Position numbers and translations under genes: made by a program. Positions 56,280-64,000 of a stretch of DNA of 64,000 nt are shown in pieces. The number at the start of each line of letters is the position of its first letter. Position 1 is the first letter of the stretch. The notes beneath the pieces are model-generated. The model was not told the DNA's origin, ran no database searches, and saw nothing but the letters and a program-made list of their open reading frames with translations. The stretch is from Candidatus Poribacteria bacterium (GTDB taxonomy: Bacteria > Poribacteria > WGA-4E > GCA-2687025): contig OY762492.1 in the NCBI GenBank assembly GCA_963665845.2, positions 2,144,001 through 2,208,000 of the forward strand. The letters run 5' to 3'.

Positions 56280-58115
56280 ATGCCTATCTTTGCCCTGCCC
56301 GCCGCATTTTTTGCGCTTGCCGCGATACCGGGTCTTGCCGCCATCTACTGGCTGCGGACGCGCTCGCGCCGCGTCACGGTGTCCAGCCTAGCGCTCTGGG
56401 TTGACCAACGGCGCGCCCGGCAGGGCGGAACGCGCATCGAACGGTTTCAGATGCCGCTTCTGCTGATCCTTGAAATATTGGCGATTCTGGCGTTGACGCT
56501 GGCGGCGGCGTCTCCGCTTTTTTTGATGGACGCGGACGCGCCGACGCTTTACGTTGTCCTGGACGACTCCTTCTCCATGCGCGCGGACGGCGGCAACAGC
56601 CCCCGCGAACGCGCCGCCGACGCCGTCCGCTCCGAACTCGGCATCGACACGCGCAACCCGTTCGCCAAGCCGCGGTATGAAGCGCGCTACATTGTCGCCG
56701 GACAGAAGCCGCGCCTCGCCGAAACGGACGGCGGCATTCCCGACGAAAACGAATGGAGCTGCCGGTCGCCGGTCGCCGACATCGCCGGCGCGGTCGCTCT
56801 CGCCGAGGAGTTGAGTCAAGAGGCGGCGCTGATCTTGGTCGTTTCCGACGAGCCGCCCGTTGCCGAAATTCAAAACGACCGGCTCAAATGGCGCGCCTTC
56901 GGACGCGCGAAGCCGAACGCCGCCATCGTGAACGCGACTCGGTCTCCCGCCGAAACGGGCGAACGGTGCCTCCTGGAGATCGCCAACCTATCGAAAGAAC
57001 CGTATCGCGCAACGCTGGTCATCGAAGAGCTGCCTGAACCGGACGCGGGAGAGGAAGCCGCCGCGCCCGCCGTCCTGCGCGAGGAGGAGTTGACGCTGGA
57101 CCCTGAAGAGACGCGCCGCCTCATTTTCAGCCTGCCTGAAGGAACGCCGGGCGTCCTGGCGCGCATCGGCGCGGACGCGCTCAACATCGACAACGAGGCG
57201 TATCTGCTGCCTGAGGAGAAGAAACCGGCGCGCGTTCAGCTGGACATTCAAAACGACTCGCTCCGCCGGCGCGTTCGTTCGGGCTTGGAGTCGACAGGCG
57301 CGGTACTTTTTACCAATCTGCGCCCCGAATTGCTGTTGACAGACGCGGCGTTCGAAGGTTTGCCCGCTTCGCCGCAGATATGGCGCGTGTTGTTTGACGC
57401 GCCTGACGAGGCCGCGGCGTATGTCGGTCCCTTTGTGGTTGACCAGACGCATCCGCTGGCGGAGGGCGCGGGTTTGGACGGCGTCGTCTGGGCGGCGGGC
57501 GAGGCGGAAGAGTATGCCGGCATGCCTGTAGTGACGGCGGGAAATGTGCCGCTCATCGTGGATACGGAGCGCTCCGACGGCGGACGCGACCTGAAATGGA
57601 GCCTGCGCATCGACCTTTCCAACCTGCAGGACTCGACTGCGTGGCCCATTTTCATGTGGAACTTGGCGCAGTGGCGCGTCTCCGAGACGCCGGGGCTGCG
57701 CCGTTTCAACTACCGCCTCGGCGAGGATGTGAGCCTGACGGTCAACCCTCCGCCGCCCGAAGACGTTGAAGAGACGGAAACGGCGAGAATCGTCTCGCCC
57801 GATGGAGTCGTCCGCGACCTGCCGCCGCCGCAGGAGGGGGTGTATGCGCTGGCTGAAGAAACGGGCGTCTACCGCATCGAAGCGGGCGGCGGCGAATATC
57901 GGTTCGCCGTCAGCGCTTTTTCAAAAAACGAATCGAGCCTGCTCAACAAGGCGCGCGGAGAATGGGGCGGCTGGGCGGGAGCCGAACTGCTGGAAAGAGG
58001 CTATAGAGACATGGGCTGGGCGTTTATACTGCTTGCCGTTCTGATCTTGACGGCGCATCTGATTCTTGCCGCCTCCGAGCGCGGAACGGCGCGCCCATCG
58101 GGAGCCGCCGCATGA
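56280..58115 (+). CDS. BatA-domain/vWA membrane protein
   Basis: IPGLAAIYWLR..VSSLALW..LLLILEILA BatA N-terminus; VVLDDSFSM; C-terminal TM. Confidence 0.85.
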   Translation: MPIFALPAAFFALAAIPGLAAIYWLRTRSRRVTVSSLALWVDQRRARQGGTRIERFQMPLLLILEILAILALTLAAASPLFLMDADAPTLYVVLDDSFSMRADGGNSPRERAADAVRSELGIDTRNPFAKPRYEARYIVAGQKPRLAETDGGIPDENEWSCRSPVADIAGAVALAEELSQEAALILVVSDEPPVAEIQNDRLKWRAFGRAKPNAAIVNATRSPAETGERCLLEIANLSKEPYRATLVIEELPEPDAGEEAAAPAVLREEELTLDPEETRRLIFSLPEGTPGVLARIGADALNIDNEAYLLPEEKKPARVQLDIQNDSLRRRVRSGLESTGAVLFTNLRPELLLTDAAFEGLPASPQIWRVLFDAPDEAAAYVGPFVVDQTHPLAEGAGLDGVVWAAGEAEEYAGMPVVTAGNVPLIVDTERSDGGRDLKWSLRIDLSNLQDSTAWPIFMWNLAQWRVSETPGLRRFNYRLGEDVSLTVNPPPPEDVEETETARIVSPDGVVRDLPPPQEGVYALAEETGVYRIEAGGGEYRFAVSAFSKNESSLLNKARGEWGGWAGAELLERGYRDMGWAFILLAVLILTAHLILAASERGTARPSGAAA

Positions 58116-60910
58116 CGTTTCTGTATCCGATCTGGCTGCTGCTGCTGATACCGCTCATCGCGTCCATGCGTTTCTGGCGCCTTCCGTCGCGCCTGCTCAT
58201 CGCGCTTCGTTTCATCTCCGTTCTGTTGATTGTTCTGGCGCTGGCGGGCTTGTCGTTAAAAATACCGAGCCGAGCGGGCGTCGCGGCGGTCGTTGCGGAC
58301 CGGAGCCTCTCGATGCCGGGCGGCAGCGAGGCGCTGCAGCTGGAAGCGGTCGCGCTCATTCAGGAGGCGCAGAAGCAGGACTCGCGCCTAGCCGTCGTCG
58401 CGTTTGGACAAAAAAGCGCCATCGAACAGGGTCCGAGTACGGACAAGTTCGGCGGCTTTATGAATGAGGTGAAAGGCGACGCTTCCAACATGCATGACGC
58501 GCTTGAAACGGCGCTCTCGCTCATACCGGCAAACTCGCCAGGGCGAATCATCCTGCTCTCCGACGGCAGATGGACAGGCAAAGACCCGACCGAAGCGGCC
58601 GTTCAAGCCGCGGCGCGCGGCATCCCCATCGATTACAGGGCGATACGCCGCTCCACCGCAAACGACGCCGCCATTGAACGGATCAACGCGCCGCAGTCGG
58701 TTCGCCCCGGCGAGTCGTTCATGATCGCCGGCTGGGTTCGCGCGCCCGTTTCAACCGAGATCACATACCGGCTCACGCGCGGCGGAGAGACCTTGTCCAG
58801 CGGGACGCGCTCCGTTCCGTCGGGTCTCTCGCGTCTGCTTTTCCGCGACACGGCGTACCAACCCGGCGTCCAGAGCTACACGCTGGAGATCAACGGCGGC
58901 GGGGGCGACCCTGTGCCGGAAAACAACAAGGCGAAACTGCTTGTCGGCGTGGAAGGCGAACGCCCGATACTGCATCTCGCCAACGACGCCGAGTCGGGTC
59001 TTGGAGATTTTCTGCGCCGCGGGCAGCTGAATGTGCAGACGCGGACGCCGCGGCAGATACGCTGGTCGCTGGACGAGCTGGGCGGCTATTCGGCGCTTCT
59101 GATCGAGAACGCGCCGGCGAACCATATCGGAACGCGCGGCATGGAAAACATCGCCAACTGGGTGAAGGAGACGGGCGCGGGCATTATGATGACCGGCGGC
59201 AGATCCTCCTACGGACCCGGCGGCTATTTCAAATCCCCCCTAGAGCCGATCATGCCGGTCTCCATGGAGCTGCGGCAGGAACACCGCAAGATGGCGGTCG
59301 CCATTGCGATTGCGATGGACAGGTCGGGAAGCATGGGCATGCCGGTCGCGGACGGGCGAATGAAGATGGATCTGGCAAATTTAGCGGCGGCGGGGGTGTG
59401 GGACATGCTCAACCCGGCGGATCAATTTGGCGCCATCGCCGTCGACAGCCAAGCGCATATCATCGCCGAACTAGCGCATGTTGATCATGACAATTCCGAA
59501 GCGCGCCATCGGGTCATGCAGATCAGCCCTGGGGGAGGGGGGATTTTTGTTTTCAACGCCCTGGAAGCGGCTGTGCGGATGCTCGAAGGCGCGGCGGCGC
59601 AGACGCGCCATGTGATCCTGCTGGCGGACGCCGCCGACTCTGAGCAGCCCTATAGAGAATCGACCGTCCCTGGGCAGCCGCATACCTATGAGCAGCTGAT
59701 ACAGGTTTCGCGCGAGGCGGGCATCACCTTCAGCGTCGTCGGCCTCGGCAGCGACATGGACCAGGACGCCGAGTTTTTGAAAGACATTGCCCGGCGCGGC
59801 GAGGGGCGCATCTTTTTCACCAACGACGCCGAAGACCTGCCGACGCTCTTCGCCCAGGACACGATCAACGTCGCGCGCAGCTCCTTCATCAATGAGCCTG
59901 TCAACGTCAACACAACGGGCGAACTGCTCACCCTTGTCGGCAAAAAACATGAGATACCTTACGCAATCGGCGGGTATAACCTGTGCTATGCGCGCCCTGA
60001 AGCGAATTTGGCGACCGTTTCGGTGGACGAATACGAGGCTCCGATCATCGCCGCATGGCAGGCGGGGCTGGGGCGCGCGCTCGCTTACACGGCTGAAGCG
60101 AGCGGAAAACATACCGGGCAGATCGCCAACTGGGACGAATACGGCGACCTGGTCGCAGGGATGGCAAGATGGACGGCGGGCGACCGCCAGAACCTGCCGG
60201 ACGGAATGGTCTTGACGCAGGATGTCCAGAGCGGCGTTCAGCGCATCGACCTTCACCTGGACCCTGAACGGGAGGGCGCGGGCGTCTTTGACCCGCCGAC
60301 CGTTTCCGTTTTAAGGGGCGTCCCTGGACGCCCGCCCGCCGCCGAAAAGATCGCTATGGAGTGGACATCCGCGGACACGATCACGGCGCATGTGCCGCTT
60401 CGGGGCAGCGAGACGGTCATTTCAACGGTTGATTTGGGGGAAGACGGCTCCGCGTCGTTTCCGCCGGTCAGTTTGCCGTACTCGCCGGAATATCTGCCGG
60501 AGCGGGAAGGCGCCGGCTTGCAGGCGCTTCAGCAGGCGTCGCTCATCACGGGCGGAAAGGCGCGGGTGAACCTCGCCGAAGTGTGGCGCGACCTTGAGCG
60601 GTTTCCGCGGTATGTGCCGCTGGCGGTATGGCTGCTGTGCGGGGCGGCGGCGCTGCTGCTGTTGGAGGTGTTGGAGCGGCGGACGGGACTCATCGCCGCG
60701 CGTCCGCCGAGGCGTAAGAAAGAGAAGGCGGAGCGGCGCATGCGCATACCGAGAAGAAGACGGCGCCAAGCTCCCAAAGAAGACGAAACGCCGATAGATG
60801 AGCCGATAGAGGAACCTGTTCCCCCGCCCGTTGAGGAGCCGACCGGACAGCCGGCGTACAGCGCCCTCCGCCAGGCGCGCCGACGCGCCCGCAACCGCAT
60901 CGGCGATTAG
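58112..60910 (+). CDS. Double-vWA membrane protein with glutamine-amidotransferase-like domain
   Basis: DRSLSM, LLSDG, GGRSSYGPGGY..PIMPV, DRSGSM, GGGGIFV, WQAGLGR. Confidence 0.85.
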   Translation: MTFLYPIWLLLLIPLIASMRFWRLPSRLLIALRFISVLLIVLALAGLSLKIPSRAGVAAVVADRSLSMPGGSEALQLEAVALIQEAQKQDSRLAVVAFGQKSAIEQGPSTDKFGGFMNEVKGDASNMHDALETALSLIPANSPGRIILLSDGRWTGKDPTEAAVQAAARGIPIDYRAIRRSTANDAAIERINAPQSVRPGESFMIAGWVRAPVSTEITYRLTRGGETLSSGTRSVPSGLSRLLFRDTAYQPGVQSYTLEINGGGGDPVPENNKAKLLVGVEGERPILHLANDAESGLGDFLRRGQLNVQTRTPRQIRWSLDELGGYSALLIENAPANHIGTRGMENIANWVKETGAGIMMTGGRSSYGPGGYFKSPLEPIMPVSMELRQEHRKMAVAIAIAMDRSGSMGMPVADGRMKMDLANLAAAGVWDMLNPADQFGAIAVDSQAHIIAELAHVDHDNSEARHRVMQISPGGGGIFVFNALEAAVRMLEGAAAQTRHVILLADAADSEQPYRESTVPGQPHTYEQLIQVSREAGITFSVVGLGSDMDQDAEFLKDIARRGEGRIFFTNDAEDLPTLFAQDTINVARSSFINEPVNVNTTGELLTLVGKKHEIPYAIGGYNLCYARPEANLATVSVDEYEAPIIAAWQAGLGRALAYTAEASGKHTGQIANWDEYGDLVAGMARWTAGDRQNLPDGMVLTQDVQSGVQRIDLHLDPEREGAGVFDPPTVSVLRGVPGRPPAAEKIAMEWTSADTITAHVPLRGSETVISTVDLGEDGSASFPPVSLPYSPEYLPEREGAGLQALQQASLITGGKARVNLAEVWRDLERFPRYVPLAVWLLCGAAALLLLEVLERRTGLIAARPPRRKKEKAERRMRIPRRRRRQAPKEDETPIDEPIEEPVPPPVEEPTGQPAYSALRQARRRARNRIGD

Positions 60911-60917
60911 CGGACGC

Positions 60918-61228
60918 GCTCTTTCCCTGTCATTTCCGCGCCCTTTTCCCTGTCATTTCCGCGCCCTTTTCCCTGTCATTTCCGCGCCCTTTTCCCTGTC
61001 ATTCCCGCGTAAGCGGGAATCTTAAGCGCCGTCGCCGCAGTCCGCGCCCGCGGAAACCCCCCTATCCCCCCTTTTCAAGGGGGAATCCGAGGCGCCGTCG
61101 CCGCAGTCCGCGCCCTCGGAAACCCCCCTATCCCCCCTTTTCAAGGGGGAATCTGAGGCGTCGTCGCCGCAGTCCGCGCCCTCGGAAACCCCCCTATCCC
61201 CCCTTTTCAAGGGGGGAATCCGAGGCGC
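60918..61228. repeat. 23-bp tandem (x4) ending in a dRS3-like palindrome, then a ~66-bp tandem (x3) with the CCCCCTTTTCAAGGGGG hairpin
   Basis: cttttccctgtcatttccgcgcc repeats; gcgccgtcgccgcagtccgcgccc..caagggggaatc repeats. Confidence 0.92.
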
Positions 61229-61232
61229 AGTG

Positions 61233-61261
61233 TTGACACAGCGAAACAACGTCGGCATAAT
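61233..61261 (+). promoter_or_regulatory. Putative sigma70 promoter
   Basis: TTGACA-17 bp-CATAAT. Confidence 0.6.
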
Positions 61262-61288
61262 AGCGGAACGGATTGGCGGAGATTTCTT

Positions 61289-61579
61289 GTGAACGCGGTA
61301 CCGGAGCGCATTTCCGCGCAGCTCAAAGGGCTTGAAGAACGGGCGGACCGAATGCAGGCGGTCATTGCGTCGCTGCGCAGAACGGCGGCAAAGGCGCTGT
61401 CGGAACGCGCCGCGCTCGCCCAGCAGAACGAAGAAATGCTCGCCCGCGTCAAACAGCTGGAAGAGGAGAACGAAAGCCTGCGCAGCGAACTGCAATCCTC
61501 CCGCCATCTCCCGCCCGAGAAAAAAGAGGAGGTTCAACGGCTTCTCGCGGCGCTCGCCGCCGCTTTAGAGGATGCTTAA
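61289..61579 (+). CDS. Small coiled-coil protein (ZapB-like)
   Basis: SD GGAG before GTG; continuous heptad pattern over ~90 aa. Confidence 0.55.
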   Translation: MNAVPERISAQLKGLEERADRMQAVIASLRRTAAKALSERAALAQQNEEMLARVKQLEEENESLRSELQSSRHLPPEKKEEVQRLLAALAAALEDA

Positions 61580-63591
61580 ACGGCGGCGCTGGCAGGAGCT
61601 GTCCCCAAAGAAAAAGATTGCCTCAGTAATGCCTATTTTCTGGGCGATCGTTTTCATGTTGCTGTTCGGCTTTCTATTTTATTACGGCGGTCAGTTTTTT
61701 CGAGATCGGGCGGCGGACCGGCTCGCGCGGGCGCAGTTGCCCGACGGCGCCAAAATGCGCATCGGCATGGGAACGGTCAACTCCATCGCCTACTCCCCTG
61801 ACGGCAAGCGGATCGCGGCGGCGGGAAGCGTCGGCGTCTGGATCTACAAAGGACACAAAGGACGAAAGACAAGGCTGATTCGCGGACATACAAAGCCTGT
61901 CCACTCGGCGGCGTATTCTCCTGACGGCAAGCGTATCGCCAGCGCATCCCAAGACCGAACGGTTCGCGTCTGGGACGCCGAGACGGGCGCGCCGCTCAAA
62001 ACGCTGGAGGGGCATGCCGATTCGGTCAAGTCGGCGGTCTATTCGCCGGACGGGAAGCGCATCGCCAGCGCGGGTCTGGACAGGACGGTTTGCGTTTGGG
62101 ACTCTGAAACGGGCGCGCTTCTCAAAACGCTGTCGGGGCATACGGAGCCTGTCAACTCGGCGGCGTTTTCTCCCGACGGCAAGCGTATTGCCAGCGCGTC
62201 TCAAGACCGAACGGTTCGCGTCTGGGACTCTCAAACCGGCGCGCTTCTCAAAACGCTGGAAGGGCATCTCTTCGTCGTCAACTCGGCGGTCTATTCGCCG
62301 AACGGAAAGCGCATCGCCAGCGCGGGCGGCGATCAAACGGTTCGCCTATGGGACTCTGAAACGGGCGCGCTTCTTCACACACTTTCAGGACCGGCGGCGC
62401 CCATCAAAACGGCGGCGTATTCTCCGGACGGCAAACTGATCGCGGGCGCGTCCAGCGCGGAAGCGGCGCTGTGGAACGCCGAGACGAACGCGCCTGTTCG
62501 GCCGATTTACGCATCCAGCGACGTTTTGGACGCAGCGTTTTCGCCGGACGGGCATAGCATAGCGATCCTTGGAAAAGGGGGTCTCAGCATCAGCATTTGG
62601 AACATCCGTATTCGCGCCGCGGTTCATGCAGTTGGCTGGTCTACAGGCAGATTGAAGTTTGCCGCGTTGTCGCCGGACGGAACGATGATCGCCGTTGTCC
62701 GTCAGGGAGGCGGATTTGGGGCTTATGACGCGAAGAGCGGCTGGTTTCTTTATGGAACCCCTGACGCGCATACGATCGCGTTGTCGCCGGACGGAAAGAC
62801 GATCGCCGTTGTCAAAGAAGATTTTACGATAGCGATGGTAGACGCCAGAGCGCGAGAGAGGCGCAGCAAGCTCGCTGGACATCGGACAAGGATCCACTCA
62901 GCGGCGTTTTCGCCGGACGGCAAGACGCTCGCCAGCGCCTCCATGACGATCCGCGTCTGGGACGCCGAGACGGGGCGTCTTCTTAAAAATTTCAAAGCGG
63001 CTGCGGAACCGATCCATCGCGTATTCATCGGACGGCAAGCGTATTGTCAGCATGGGCTGGGGCAAGACGGTTCGTGTCTGGGATGTCAAGGCGGGGTCGC
63101 TTCTCCATACATTGTCGGGGCATACGGAGCCTGTCCTCTCGGCGGCTCTTTCTCCCGACGGAAAGCGGATCGCAAGCGCGTCTCAAGACAAGACGATTCG
63201 CGTTTGGGACGCCGAGACCGGCGCGTTTCTCCATACGTTGTCGGGGCATACGGAGCAGGTCCATTCGGCGGCGTTTTCTCCCGACGGAACGAACATCGCC
63301 AGCTGCGGCAAGGATCGAACCGTGCGCGTTTGGGACGCCGAGACGGGGGCGCTTCTCCATACATTTGAAACGCCGGACGAGCAGAATTGGACAGGATATG
63401 CGCCGGACGGCAAGACGTTCGCCGGCGCCGGCTGGAACGGCGCGATACGCATATGGGGCGGCGCGCTGCTCAAAACGTTTGAAGGGCATACCGGCGGCAT
63501 GAATTCAGCGGGCTATGCGCCGGACGGCAAGACGTTCTGGAGCGCCGGCAACGACGGAACCGTCCTTTTTTGGGACATCTCCGACATTTAG
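61572..63591 (+). pseudogene. Membrane-anchored WD40-repeat protein, frameshifted near 63012-63018
   Basis: TM, then LPDGAKMRIGMG and GH..V.SAA(Y/F)SPDGKRIASA..D.TVRVWD repeats; the repeats continue in the +1 frame (SIAYSSDGKRIVSMGWGKTVRVWD ... DGTVLFWDI). Confidence 0.8.
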
Positions 63592-63689
63592 GCGGAGGCG
63601 GCGTTTAAGGTCAGCTGAAATGTTTGCGCCCGCCTCCCCGCTTTGCTATACTGGGCGCATAAACCTACGACACACACGGAGAAATGTAG

Positions 63690-64000
63690 ATGGCGCGGCT
63701 GGATATAGATTTAAAGAAAATATCAGGTAAAATTGAAGAGAAGCTGGCGGATATTTTTTCTGAAGAGCTGGTTTCAGGATTAGCGGCGCGCGAGGATTCC
63801 CGCGCTTTTGGCGCGATGGTGGAAGAAAAGATTGCAAATAACTGGCAACAAGTATGTTCGGATCTTGGATATACGCCGCTAGAACGTCCAGGGAAACGCA
63901 GTATTTTTGATTTCGCGTTTCAAACTAACGACACAATTGTTGGCATTGACATCAAAACAAAAGATTTGGATTCTACTCGTTATTCTGACGGCGGGATATG
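63690..64000 (+). CDS. Putative type II restriction endonuclease (PD-(D/E)xK), truncated by the window end
   Basis: Manual translation MARLDIDLKK..SRAFGAMVEEKI..RSIFDFAF..IVGIDIKTKD; AT-rich; SD GGAG. Confidence 0.6.
   Translation, partial: MARLDIDLKKISGKIEEKLADIFSEELVSGLAAREDSRAFGAMVEEKIANNWQQVCSDLGYTPLERPGKRSIFDFAFQTNDTIVGIDIKTKDLDSTRYSDGGI

Noticed and set aside
55814-56404. ORFs with peptides such as MQKVGTFE, RHSRVSGNL, SFPRKRES, SPLEKGG, ILKILVQT (also at 12624, 51318, 8191, 3948, 61022)
   Set aside because: They are translations of the intergenic repeat modules, not genes.
63018-63368. Cys-containing C-terminal domain on the 598-aa WD40 ORF
   Set aside because: Out-of-frame read-through after the frameshift; the WD40 repeats continue in another frame.
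1-64000. tRNA, rRNA, riboswitches; apparent avoidance of some short motifs in codon choice
   Set aside because: No recognisable RNA gene was seen, and motif avoidance cannot be supported without k-mer statistics.

Overview
High-GC bacterial chromosomal window. Several traits suggest Candidatus Poribacteria or a close relative (inference): WD40 and PD40 beta-propellers, a C-terminal '...GKxxxxWGxIK' motif, and an ECF sigma factor with a long extension. The window starts in dnaA. It carries housekeeping and metabolic genes (pepP, ymdB-xseA-xseB-prenyl synthase, UbiD/UbiE/UbiX menaquinone cluster, sucCD), transport and envelope genes, and two vWA/DUF58/DUF4159 clusters. It also has an Mrr nuclease, a frameshifted WD40 gene, and the start of a probable type II restriction endonuclease at the right edge. 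Two things stand out. First, a ~1319-aa ORF (19943-23902) fuses an intact Hanks-type Ser/Thr kinase to a complete Dna2-like Fe-S nuclease/SF1 helicase, and is translationally coupled to a small membrane-anchored protein. Second, most larger intergenic gaps are mosaics of a few palindromic modules: a dRS3-like GTCATTCCCGCG-AAGCGGGAATC hairpin, CCCCCTTTTCAAGGGGG hairpins, a ~91-bp TGAACTAGGAT..ATCCTAGTTCA element, and a ~165-bp TG..CA MITE with IS3-like ends. No rRNA, tRNA, CRISPR array or transposase was recognised. All calls come from reading motifs by eye; no database searches were run.
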